Origin: Alphaproteobacteria bacterium Ga0077535
Lineage (GTDB): Bacteria; Pseudomonadota; Alphaproteobacteria; Caulobacterales; Aquidulcibacteraceae
DNA length: 64,000 nt
Assembly: GCA_001464425.1 (NCBI GenBank)
Contig: LNEK01000042.1
Span: 70,841-134,840, forward strand
Direction of reading: 5' to 3'
A program made the translations under genes and the position numbers. Below are positions 50,971 to 59,664 of this stretch, one piece after another. The notes under the pieces were generated by a model. It was given only the letters and a program-made list of their open reading frames with translations, was not told the origin of the DNA and ran no database searches. Positions within the stretch are counted from its first letter, which is position 1. The number at the start of each line of letters is the position of its first letter.

Positions 50971-51435
50971 ATGTTGAACCGATTGATCGCGGCCGGAGCG
51001 CTGGTTTTCGCGCTCGCTTTTGGCGCTCTGGCCCTCACATTCGTTGATCCCGCCCAGGGCGAGCCCTCTCGCCCACCCGCTACAGAGCGCGCCAATTGGC
51101 GGGTCATAGACGGCGACACCTTCGAAGATTTCGACACCGGCGACCGCTACCGGCTCGAAAACATCGACACACCCGAGACTGGCGGCCGCGCCCGTTGCAC
51201 TGCCGAACGCCAACTCGGCGACCGCGCCACTCGGCAAGCGCGCGCTCTCATCACCAGCGCCAACAGCCTCGACGTGCGCCGCACCGGCCGCGTCGATCGC
51301 TACGACCGCATCATCGCCTTCATCGAGGTGGACGGCCGCGATCTCGGCGAATTGCTGATCGCTGAAGGCCTCGCCCGCCCCTGGCGCGGACGCCGCGAGC
51401 CGTGGTGCGACGCGAACGGCGCCCTCCTGCCCTAG
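50971..51435 (+). CDS. Thermonuclease (SNase)-family secreted nuclease
   Basis: Track ORF 50959..51435. Signal/TM, then RVIDGDTFE...YRLENIDTPE...DRYDRIIAFIEVDGRDLGELLIAEGLARPW, the staphylococcal-nuclease pattern. Confidence 0.8.
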   Translation: MLNRLIAAGALVFALAFGALALTFVDPAQGEPSRPPATERANWRVIDGDTFEDFDTGDRYRLENIDTPETGGRARCTAERQLGDRATRQARALITSANSLDVRRTGRVDRYDRIIAFIEVDGRDLGELLIAEGLARPWRGRREPWCDANGALLP

Positions 51436-51528
51436 CGTCGCGCAAGGCAGCCGCCCGCCGCACGCTCTTGTGCGCGCACGTTTGCGCCCATATCCAAGTG
51501 CGATCCTCCCAAAGGCTGAGAAACGCAC

Positions 51529-52380
51529 ATGTCCGTCATGGACGAACTCACCAGTATCCTCGCGCTCGAACCCATCGAAGTGAATCTGTTCCGCGGGCAT
51601 AGCCCGAAGGAGGAGCGCTTCCGCATCTTCGGCGGCCAGGTCGTCGCTCAAGCGCTGACGGCCGCGTACAAGACCGTCGACACGCAGATTTGCCATTCGC
51701 TGCAGAGCTATTTCATTCGCCCCGGCGATCCGGCGCAGCCTGTGCTCTATCAGGTGGAGCGCTCGCGCGACGGCAAGAGTTTCGCCACACGGCGCGTCAT
51801 CGCCATCCAAAAGGGCGAGCAGATTTTCAACATGGCCTGCTCCTTCCAGACGCCGGAGGAAGGCTTCGACCACCAAAGCACGATGCCGCCGGCGCCGGCG
51901 CCCGAAACGCTGCCGGACGACAACGATCGCTGGCGCGAAATCTTCAAGGACAATCCCAAAGAGCTGAAAGCCTGGACCCGCGAGCGCCCGATTGAGATGC
52001 GCCAGGTCGACGCCATCAATCATCTCAAGCCGGAGAAGAAGGCGCCTGAGCACCTCGTCTGGTTCCGCGTCCGCGGCGATCTCGGCGACGATGTCGCGCT
52101 CAATCAAACCGCGCTGGCGTACGCCTCCGATTATTCGCTGCTTGGCACCGCGATGCGTCCGCACGGCGTCTCATGGATGAGCGGCGTGCAGACGGCGAGC
52201 CTCGATCACATTCTCTGGTTTCACCGCCCAACCAATTTTTCGCGCTGGCATCTTTATGTGCAGGACAGCCCGAGCGCGTCCGGCGCGCGCGGCTTCAACC
52301 GCGGCGCCATTTATCGCGAGGACGGCGTGCTGGTCGCGTCAGCGGCGCAAGAAGGCCTGATCCGCTGGCGCGGGACGTGA
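51529..52380 (+). CDS. tesB: Acyl-CoA thioesterase II
   Basis: 283 aa, collinear with E. coli TesB (FRGHSP...FGGQVVAQAL, RDGKSFATRRV, LDHILWFHRP, GVLVASAAQEGLIR). Confidence 0.92.
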   Translation: MSVMDELTSILALEPIEVNLFRGHSPKEERFRIFGGQVVAQALTAAYKTVDTQICHSLQSYFIRPGDPAQPVLYQVERSRDGKSFATRRVIAIQKGEQIFNMACSFQTPEEGFDHQSTMPPAPAPETLPDDNDRWREIFKDNPKELKAWTRERPIEMRQVDAINHLKPEKKAPEHLVWFRVRGDLGDDVALNQTALAYASDYSLLGTAMRPHGVSWMSGVQTASLDHILWFHRPTNFSRWHLYVQDSPSASGARGFNRGAIYREDGVLVASAAQEGLIRWRGT

Positions 52381-52384
52381 CGCC

Positions 52385-55186
52385 CTAAGGCGTCACCACC
52401 TCGATCGGCAGCCCAAGCCCTTCCAACTGCGGCCGCACGACCGACGCATCGCCGACGACGACCCACACGAAGCGCGCAGGATCGATCACGGCCCGCGCCG
52501 CCGCATCCATCTCCGCCGCGCTCATCGCGCGATAGCGCGACGCGACGCCTTCCCAATAATTGTCTGGGCGATCGTAGAGATCGTTGGAGCGGAGCGCGCC
52601 AAGTATCGAACCAGCTGTTTCATACGCGCCCGGCAATTGGCGGATGTTGCCGTTGATGGTGCGCACGTGCTCGGACTCGGTCACGCCGGCAGTGGAGTTG
52701 AAGCCGTTGATCTGCTCCAGCAACACGCGGATGGAATCGCCGGTGCGATCAGCCTGAACCGGCGCGTTGATCACATACGGCACACGCTGCTCGCGCAATT
52801 GCACGACGCCGCTCAGGCCGTAAGACCAGCCGCGCCGCTCGCGGATTTCGGTGTTGATGCGCGAGAGGAAGCTTGAGCCCAGCACTTCGTTCGCTGCGTT
52901 AAGCGCCAACGTGTCGTCGGCGCCGCGCTGCGGCAGCACCGCGCCGGCATAGATGATCGATTGCGGCGATTGCGGCCGATCGACGATGACGATGCGCGGC
53001 TGCTCTTGCGGAATGCCGACACTGAAGTCCTTGCGCCCCACCGGCGCATTCGCCGCGCCGCGCCAGCTGCCGAACCGCGCCTCAAGCGCGCGCCGCACTT
53101 CACGCAGCGGACGATCCGACACAACGAAGATGCGCGCCGTTTCCGGCCGGATCCAAGTATTGTGGAACGCCGCCAGCGCATCGCGATCGAGCGTCGCTAC
53201 CGATTGCTCGCTACCAAGGCCCGAAAGCGGCCGGCCATAGGGATGGCTCTCACCATAAATGATCGGCGGCAAAGTGCGTTGCGCCAAGCCATTCGGCGAG
53301 GTCGCCTCTTGCGCCACCAGCGCAAGCTGCTGCTCACGCAAGCGCTCCACTTCGCTAGCGACGAAGTCCGGGCGCATCACCACATCAGCGTAAAGATCCA
53401 GCGACAGATCAAGGTTCGCCGACAACGCCGTCAGCGACACCGTCGAGCGATCGAGAGAGCCGAACGCGGAAATGTTGGCGCCCAGCCGCTCCTGCTCTTC
53501 AGCAATCTGCATCGCATCGCGGCCATCGGCGCCGGCTGTCATCACCGAAAGCATCAGCCGCTGGGTGCCGAACGCATCTTGCGGATCGGCAGCGATGCCA
53601 GCGTCGAAATCCATGGCGATCAACGTCGCCGGGATCGCATCACGGTGCGCGTAGACGATCTCAATCCCGTTCGAGAGCTGCGCCCGTTCGACATCCGGGA
53701 AATCGAGATCCGCAATCTCACCGATCGACGGCATCGGATCGCGCGGCGTGACTTGCGGCGGCGTCGTATCCGGCGCCGGTCGCGATGTGGCGCTGGCCTC
53801 CTGATAAGGCTCGCGCACGCCAGGATCGATACGCATTGCATGCACCGGGCGTGACAGCCATTCGCTTGCCGCGCTTTGCACCGAAGCCGGCGTCACTTCG
53901 CCGTACTCCAGCAGATTGCGGCTAAAGAAATCCGGGTCCTCCGCCAGCACGGCGCCATTTGCAAGCGCGACGGTCTTGCCGTTAAAGCCGCCGATTTGCT
54001 CGATGTTAAAGAGGCTCTGCGCCACCTCCTGCGTCGCCACGCGCTGCACTTCCGCTTCTGTTGGCCCAGTGGCGATGAATTCAGCGATGATCTCGTCCAA
54101 ACGGCGCGACACCGCATCGACATCCTCGCCCGGCTTCACATCAACCGTGACGAAGAACATGCTGACGCGCTGAAACGGCAGCAGGCTGGAACTCACCGAA
54201 ACCGCCGTCTGCTCGTCACGCACCAAAATGCGATCGAGCCGCGAGCTCGCGAGCCCCCCTAAGACTTGCGCTGCCACATCAAGCTCAACCGCATCTTCAT
54301 GCGTCAGCCCCGGCACCGCCCAGGTGCGATACAGCCGTGTGTTGGAGACGCGATCCTGCATCACATCATCGACGCGCGCCGACAGCGTCGGCACATCCGC
54401 AGCCGCGGGAATGTTGTCCGGCCCACGCGGGATCTGCCCGAAATAGCGCTCGACCAACGGCCGCGCCTCTTCCGCATTGATATCGCCCGCCAGCACCAGC
54501 ACCGCGTTGTTGGGCCCATAATTTTCGCGGAACCACTCACGCATGTCCTGCACCGAGGCTTCGTCCAGATCGGCCATCGAGCCGATCGTGGAATGCCGGT
54601 ACGGGTGCCCTTCCGGGAAAAGGCGCTCGAGGATGCGATAGAACGCGAGGCCATAGGGCTGGTTATCGCCCTGGCGCTTTTCGTTCTGAACGATGCCGCG
54701 CTGCGCATCGAGGCTCGTCTGCGTTAGCGCGCCGAGCAGATAGCCCATGCGCTCGCTTTCGAGATACAGCACGCGCTCCAACGCTGGCGTCGGCGCAGTC
54801 TGGAAATAATTGGTGCGATCGAACCAAGTGGTGCCGTTCCAATTGGTGGCGCCCATGTCGCGCAGCGGCTCGATCAGGTTCGGCACGTGCTCGGTGCCGT
54901 TGAACAGCATGATGTGTTCGAACAGGTGCGCGTAGCCGGTCTGCCCCGCCGGCTCATCCTTCGAGCCGACATTATACCAAGCCGCCACCGCCACGATCGG
55001 CGCTTTGCGATCCTCGTGGACCAGCACGGTCAGCCCGTTCTCCAACTCGAACTGCTCGTACGGAATCTCAACGCCGGCGAGCAACTGTTCCACCGAAGCA
55101 GGCTCGCGGGAACTTTCACCGCCCGTGCTGGCGCATCCGCTCAGCGCAATCACAGAAGCAGCGGTCGCAAGCATCAAGCGTTTCAT
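52385..55186 (-). CDS. M16-family (pitrilysin/insulinase-like) zinc peptidase, lipoprotein, double-unit
   Basis: Track ORF 52385..55228, trimmed to ATG 55186 (MKRLMLATAASVIALSGC). HxxEH in GYAHLFEHIMLFNGTEH. Two M16 active/inactive domain pairs. Confidence 0.9.
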   Translation of the reverse strand: MKRLMLATAASVIALSGCASTGGESSREPASVEQLLAGVEIPYEQFELENGLTVLVHEDRKAPIVAVAAWYNVGSKDEPAGQTGYAHLFEHIMLFNGTEHVPNLIEPLRDMGATNWNGTTWFDRTNYFQTAPTPALERVLYLESERMGYLLGALTQTSLDAQRGIVQNEKRQGDNQPYGLAFYRILERLFPEGHPYRHSTIGSMADLDEASVQDMREWFRENYGPNNAVLVLAGDINAEEARPLVERYFGQIPRGPDNIPAAADVPTLSARVDDVMQDRVSNTRLYRTWAVPGLTHEDAVELDVAAQVLGGLASSRLDRILVRDEQTAVSVSSSLLPFQRVSMFFVTVDVKPGEDVDAVSRRLDEIIAEFIATGPTEAEVQRVATQEVAQSLFNIEQIGGFNGKTVALANGAVLAEDPDFFSRNLLEYGEVTPASVQSAASEWLSRPVHAMRIDPGVREPYQEASATSRPAPDTTPPQVTPRDPMPSIGEIADLDFPDVERAQLSNGIEIVYAHRDAIPATLIAMDFDAGIAADPQDAFGTQRLMLSVMTAGADGRDAMQIAEEQERLGANISAFGSLDRSTVSLTALSANLDLSLDLYADVVMRPDFVASEVERLREQQLALVAQEATSPNGLAQRTLPPIIYGESHPYGRPLSGLGSEQSVATLDRDALAAFHNTWIRPETARIFVVSDRPLREVRRALEARFGSWRGAANAPVGRKDFSVGIPQEQPRIVIVDRPQSPQSIIYAGAVLPQRGADDTLALNAANEVLGSSFLSRINTEIRERRGWSYGLSGVVQLREQRVPYVINAPVQADRTGDSIRVLLEQINGFNSTAGVTESEHVRTINGNIRQLPGAYETAGSILGALRSNDLYDRPDNYWEGVASRYRAMSAAEMDAAARAVIDPARFVWVVVGDASVVRPQLEGLGLPIEVVTP

Positions 55187-55455
55187 AAGTTCCCCCTCAC
55201 GGCTTAGCCGCCACGTTAGCGTCAGCACGCGCGTTTTTCCTAACGCCCGTGCGACGAACAGCGCTGTTTATTCGACACCCATTGTCGGCGCCGGTTACAG
55301 TGTTGCTAACAGCCTATTAGCCATGCGGGCCCACGGAGTATTTCGGCCCGGATCGCCGGCGCCGCCCCGCTAAGAAGTGGAACGATCGTCGTCGCCACAA
55401 CGAAGCGACCGAACTGCCGCCACTGGGCGCCCTGCTCCGTCGTCTCCGCGTCCAA

Positions 55456-55662
55456 ATGATCAGCCTCACGCCGGAAAGCTGCGGGCACGCGCTGCAAATG
55501 CTGAGCGGCGCCATCAGCGAGGCCAACCGCCAGGGCTTCCGCCAATGCGTCGCCGCGCTCCAAAATGCCGACGCCGCCATCCGCCAGCACGGCCCGCGCG
55601 CCGCCGCTCAAGCCGACGCACTGCTCGTCGAAGCGATGGATCACGCCGGCAGCGGGCGCTGA
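55456..55662 (+). CDS. Small hypothetical protein (68 aa), opposite strand to both neighbours
   Basis: Third-codon positions are ~90% G/C, versus clearly lower for the codon-aligned antisense frame. First in-frame start after the stop at 55318 is ATG 55456. No family recognised. Confidence 0.4.
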   Translation: MISLTPESCGHALQMLSGAISEANRQGFRQCVAALQNADAAIRQHGPRAAAQADALLVEAMDHAGSGR

Positions 55663-55663
55663 A

Positions 55664-57286
55664 TTACGCTTCGTAACCGAAGCGCTCAGCCCACGCGTCC
55701 AGCAGCGGCAACACCGGCGCCATATCTTCCGCATAGCGCCGCCAACGTGAGATCGAGCGTGCGTAGAGCGGCTGGATAACTTGGCGCGCACTTGGCGTCG
55801 TGATGTCGCGCTTCAGCGCCGTCTCGCGATAGTTCAGCATGGCGGCGTCATAAGGCACGCCAAGAAACGCCGTGAGCCCCCGTGCGGCGCTTTCCAAATC
55901 CCCCACCACATCTTCATAGCGCACTTGATGGAGATCGAGGCTCAGCCGCGCGCGGCACAGCATCATCAAGTCCATCACCACGTCGTAGTATTGCGCCGCC
56001 CGCTCCAGCTCGAGAAACTGCGCCATGCCGACATTCATGCCGAAGCGCTGCTGGTAGCACGACAAGATCACATCGCGCGGATCGCGCAGTGCGAAGATGA
56101 TTTTCGCGTCCGGAAACACCGCCTTGATGAGCGGCAGCACCACGATGTTGAGCGGCAGCTTATCGATGATGAGCCCGCCTGCCGGAATGTCGTTCTGTGC
56201 GCGCACGTCGCGCCAATAGGCGGCGCGCACAGTTTCGATCTCATCGGCGCTCAACGCATGCATAGCGCCGAGCTTTTCAGCGCTCGTGAACACGCTCGCC
56301 AGCGCTAGCGAGAAATATTCCTTCTCCTCCAAGCACATCAAAAGCGGATGCGATGACAGGATCTGGTCAAGCAAAGTCGTGCCGGAGCGCGGAAAACCAA
56401 TCAGAAACACCGGCGCCGGATGCGCAGACTCGACACGAGAACGCCAAGCACCGGAATCTGTATCCGCCACAAAGCGCGCCATGCTGCGGACGCCGCTGGG
56501 ATGATAGAGGTGCGCCTCAGCATCGCGCAGCGCCATATGATCGGCCAAGCGCAGCTGATTGGCCGCAGTGAAGGCCTGAAACGCGCCCCGCGCCTCGCCC
56601 GCCAAATCGCGCGCATCGCCGATGACGCCCCAGGCGATTGAACGATCATTTCGCGAAGCTCTTTGCGCCTGAGCCACCGGCAGCGCCGCGCGCTCGGCGC
56701 CGGCAAAATCCTTTTCCCGCAAGAGAACGCGCGCCAGCGCGACACCAGCGATGGCGTTCGAGGGATCAGCCGCCTGCGCCGCCGCCGCATGCCGCTTAGC
56801 GCTTTCAAGATCGTGCCGCGTCTCGAAGATGTGCGCGAGCTGCGCATTTGCGTCGGCGTCACGCGGCGCAAGCGTAAGCGCCCGCTGGTAAGCCGCAACC
56901 GATGCGTCAAAGTTCTTCGCTGTGAGCTCGAGCGCGCCGAGATTGCGCCAGCCATCGATCAAGCCACGCACGCCCGCCCGCACATACGCCGCACGCGCTG
57001 CATCAAGCTCGCCCAGCATGCGCAGCGCCACGCCCAGCGCGTTTGCAACACCGGCATCCTCCGGCAGCGCCCCTGCCGCCGCTTCCAAATGCCGCCGCGC
57101 CGCCGCGGCATCACCGGCATCGAGCGCGATCACGCCTAGCAAATGACGAGGCCGCGCATCGCCCGGCCGCCGCACCAAAAGCTGTCGCGCCAAATCCGCC
57201 GCGCCGGCCCGATCCCCGCGCGCAAAAGCCTGCGCGGCCGCCTGCGCAAGCCGCTGCGCCTCGGGATCATCGTACGCGTTCAACAT
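55664..57286 (-). CDS. TPR-repeat-containing sulfotransferase-family protein
   Basis: 540 aa. N-terminal ~250 aa are TPR-like. C-terminal sulfotransferase with PAPS-binding motif FLIGFPRSGTTLLDQIL and RDPRDV. Confidence 0.85.
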   Translation of the reverse strand: MLNAYDDPEAQRLAQAAAQAFARGDRAGAADLARQLLVRRPGDARPRHLLGVIALDAGDAAAARRHLEAAAGALPEDAGVANALGVALRMLGELDAARAAYVRAGVRGLIDGWRNLGALELTAKNFDASVAAYQRALTLAPRDADANAQLAHIFETRHDLESAKRHAAAAQAADPSNAIAGVALARVLLREKDFAGAERAALPVAQAQRASRNDRSIAWGVIGDARDLAGEARGAFQAFTAANQLRLADHMALRDAEAHLYHPSGVRSMARFVADTDSGAWRSRVESAHPAPVFLIGFPRSGTTLLDQILSSHPLLMCLEEKEYFSLALASVFTSAEKLGAMHALSADEIETVRAAYWRDVRAQNDIPAGGLIIDKLPLNIVVLPLIKAVFPDAKIIFALRDPRDVILSCYQQRFGMNVGMAQFLELERAAQYYDVVMDLMMLCRARLSLDLHQVRYEDVVGDLESAARGLTAFLGVPYDAAMLNYRETALKRDITTPSARQVIQPLYARSISRWRRYAEDMAPVLPLLDAWAERFGYEA

Positions 57287-57306
57287 CTTGGCTGATTAGC
57301 AGAATT

Positions 57307-57381
57307 TGGAGCGGGCGATGAGATTCGAACTCACGACCCCAACCTTGGCAAGGTTGTGCTCTACCCCTGAGCTACGCCCGC
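57307..57381 (-). tRNA. tRNA-Gly (anticodon GCC), CCA encoded
   Basis: Minus strand GCGGGCGTAGCTCAGGGGTAGAGCACAACCTTGCCAAGGTTGGGGTCGTGAGTTCGAATCTCATCGCCCGCTCCA folds as a cloverleaf: 7-bp acceptor, GCTC/GAGC D stem, CAACC/GGTTG anticodon stem, loop TTGCCAA. Confidence 0.96.
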
Positions 57382-57546
57382 GTCCGTGGGTAACGGGGCT
57401 CGCGCCCCGCTGAGGGGCGCTCCTATCGCAGAGCGCGGGCCCGGAAGCAAGGGGGCGGGCCCGTCAGCCCCAGAATCGCTTAGGGCCTCGTCCACCGCAC
57501 GCGGGTACCGGACCGCACCACCCACGACCCGGCCCCGCTAGATGCG

Positions 57547-58302
57547 TCACTCGCCCGGTTCAGCCTTGCGCGGCGGCTTCAGGCGGCGGCGATTGATGTG
57601 GCTATCCGGCGCCACGTGACCCTCCGGCGTGCGGCCGCGGAAATAATCGCGCTGCCAGCCATTCTTGATCGCCTCGGCGTCCTTCTGATCGAGGCGCGTC
57701 AGGAAGTTGGTGCGGCTTTCGCCCCACGCATCGTACTGACGCTTCAGCTCCGGATCCTCGTGGATCGATTTTATGATCGGCTGCACTTCATCCATCTGCT
57801 CGTGCGGGATCGGCATGATGAAGCAGAACGGCTCGCCCTTCTTAAACGAGATCATGCCCGGCCGCGTGAAGCGCCAGTTCATCGTGAAAGGAAACGGGAG
57901 CCAATAAGTTTCGACAACGCCCGTCAGCGGCTGGATGCCATCCTTCACGTGATTGGGCGGCCCGCCGACCCACAAATCCCAACCCGGATCGGTGCGGAAG
58001 AGATAGCCGGTGTGAAACGTCAGCACGCCGCCGGAGAAGTGCGACACCGCCCAGCGGTTCATCAGCGCAACCGGCGTATCATCATCCGGATCGAGGCGAA
58101 TATCTTCCGTGCGCGGGCCGCCATTCCAAGTCGCAGTGAAGCTCACTGGCGAGATCAGCGCCCAGCCCGTCGTGTTCGCCACCACCAGCGGCAGGCAGCG
58201 ATAGGGATGGCGATCGGAGAATTTGTCCATCCAATCGCGATCGGGCGAGCCCGGCACGAGTTCGGCCGGTTGCGGATCGACTTGGTAGCAGGTGAGTTTC
58301 AT
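57547..58302 (-). CDS. DUF6065-like protein, paralog 1
   Basis: Track ORF 57547..58470, trimmed to ATG 58302 (MKLTCYQVDP...). 251 aa. Shares long blocks with the adjacent paralog. Confidence 0.75.
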   Translation of the reverse strand: MKLTCYQVDPQPAELVPGSPDRDWMDKFSDRHPYRCLPLVVANTTGWALISPVSFTATWNGGPRTEDIRLDPDDDTPVALMNRWAVSHFSGGVLTFHTGYLFRTDPGWDLWVGGPPNHVKDGIQPLTGVVETYWLPFPFTMNWRFTRPGMISFKKGEPFCFIMPIPHEQMDEVQPIIKSIHEDPELKRQYDAWGESRTNFLTRLDQKDAEAIKNGWQRDYFRGRTPEGHVAPDSHINRRRLKPPRKAEPGE

Positions 58303-58309
58303 TGCGGTC

Positions 58310-59056
58310 CTAAACGTCGTCTTCGCCGGCGGCGCGCGGCGGCGCCAAGCGGCGCTTATGAATATGATCGCCGACGGCCGCCTCGCCGCGCAGCGTCTTG
58401 CCTGCAAAATAGGTGCGTTGCCAGACCTGGCCCGCCGCTTCCGGATCGCCCGCGCGCACCCGCGCCACAAACTCGCTACGGCTCTTCATCCACTCTTTGG
58501 TCTCTGCTTCCAGCGCTGGATCGTCACTCAGCGCTCTGATCACCGGCGTGCATGCATCGATCGCCGCGTGCGGCACCGGCATGATCATGCAGAACGGCTC
58601 GCCCTGTTCGAAGCGCACGGTGCCTGGCGCTGTGAAACGCCAGTTCATCGTGAAAGCTTGCGGCAGCCAGCTGGTCTCGACGATGCCGGTGAGCGGCTGA
58701 ATGCCGTGCTTGATCCAGTTCGGCGCGCCGCCGACCCACGTGTCCCAGCCGGATTCAGTGCGGAACAAATAGCCGGTGTTGAAGGTCACCACCCCGCGCG
58801 CGAACATCGACGCGGCGAAGTGCTTGTGCACGTCGCCCTCGCTTTCGAACGTCACGTCGCTCAACGCCGGCCCGCCATTCCAGCTCGCGCTGAACGCCGC
58901 CGGCGTCAGAATTTCCCAGCCCGTGCAATTTGCGATGGTGAGCGGCAAGCAGCGATAGGCGTGACGATCGGTGAACTCGTCCATCCAATCCCGCTCCGGT
59001 CTTCCCGGGCGGATTTCCGCCGAGTAGGTCTGCAGCGGGTAGCACGTCAGCTTCAT
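58310..59056 (-). CDS. DUF6065-like protein, paralog 2
   Basis: Track ORF 58310..59161, trimmed to ATG 59056 ([10 protein letters not shown]...). 248 aa. Its stop lies 7 nt before the paralog 1 ATG. Confidence 0.75.
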   Translation of the reverse strand: MKLTCYPLQTYSAEIRPGRPERDWMDEFTDRHAYRCLPLTIANCTGWEILTPAAFSASWNGGPALSDVTFESEGDVHKHFAASMFARGVVTFNTGYLFRTESGWDTWVGGAPNWIKHGIQPLTGIVETSWLPQAFTMNWRFTAPGTVRFEQGEPFCMIMPVPHAAIDACTPVIRALSDDPALEAETKEWMKSRSEFVARVRAGDPEAAGQVWQRTYFAGKTLRGEAAVGDHIHKRRLAPPRAAGEDDV

Positions 59057-59076
59057 GCCCTGGACTATACGGCCAA

Positions 59077-59646
59077 ATGACCACCCCGCCACACGCCGCA
59101 CCCGCCACCGAGGCGGACCTCTTTGCGCTCTTCGATCGCCTCGGCATCGCCCACCGCACAACCGAGCACCGGCCCGTCTTCACCGTCGAAGAAGGCGCCG
59201 ACCTCAAAGCACAAATGCCAGGCGGGCACTCCAAGAACCTGTTTTTGAAAGACAAAAAAGGAAATCTCTTCCTCCTCTGCGCGCTCGGCGACAGCGTCAT
59301 CGATCTGAACGCCGTATCCAAGGTCCTCGGCTCTGGTCGCTTCAGCTTCGGCTCTGCGGAGCGATTGATGGAAAACCTCGGCGTCACACCAGGCTCGGTG
59401 ACCATCTTCGCGCTGATCAACGACCCGGAACAGCGCGTAACTTTGGTGCTGGATGAGGGCTTCTTCGCCCACGACCCGGTCAACTTCCATCCGCTCCGCA
59501 ATGACGCAACGACAGCGATCAGCCCGGCCGATTTGCTCACATTCATCCGCGCCCTCGGGCGCGAACCGATCCGGCTCCGCTTTGACGCCGAAGGCCAGCC
59601 GTCAAGAATTGAACCGGACGCCCCTCCGGCCCATGTTCAGTCCTGA
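59077..59646 (+). CDS. YbaK/ProX-type aminoacyl-tRNA trans-editing domain protein
   Basis: 189 aa: [10 protein letters not shown]...[14 protein letters not shown]...[16 protein letters not shown], typical of prolyl-tRNA-synthetase-associated domain proteins. Confidence 0.85.
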   Translation: MTTPPHAAPATEADLFALFDRLGIAHRTTEHRPVFTVEEGADLKAQMPGGHSKNLFLKDKKGNLFLLCALGDSVIDLNAVSKVLGSGRFSFGSAERLMENLGVTPGSVTIFALINDPEQRVTLVLDEGFFAHDPVNFHPLRNDATTAISPADLLTFIRALGREPIRLRFDAEGQPSRIEPDAPPAHVQS

Positions 59647-59664
59647 ATTTCAGAGGGACCAGGA

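Noticed and set aside
50908-52164. 418-aa minus-strand ORF spanning the nuclease and tesB region
   Set aside because: Antisense to two plus-strand genes with clear family motifs (SNase, TesB). It crosses their intergenic spacer, which a real gene would not mirror.
52385-57286. Sulfated RiPP cluster (M16 peptidase + small ORF + sulfotransferase), by analogy to RaxX/RaxST
   Set aside because: The 68-aa ORF has no tyrosine and no leader/core layout. It is on the opposite strand, and there is no transporter. TPR-sulfotransferases of this type are common stand-alone genes. I kept it only as a low-weight remark.
55187-57381. Genomic island integrated at tRNA-Gly
   Set aside because: There is no integrase or recombinase. 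I could spot no direct repeat of the tRNA 3' end. The adjacent sulfotransferase gene shows the same high-GC codon style as the core genes.
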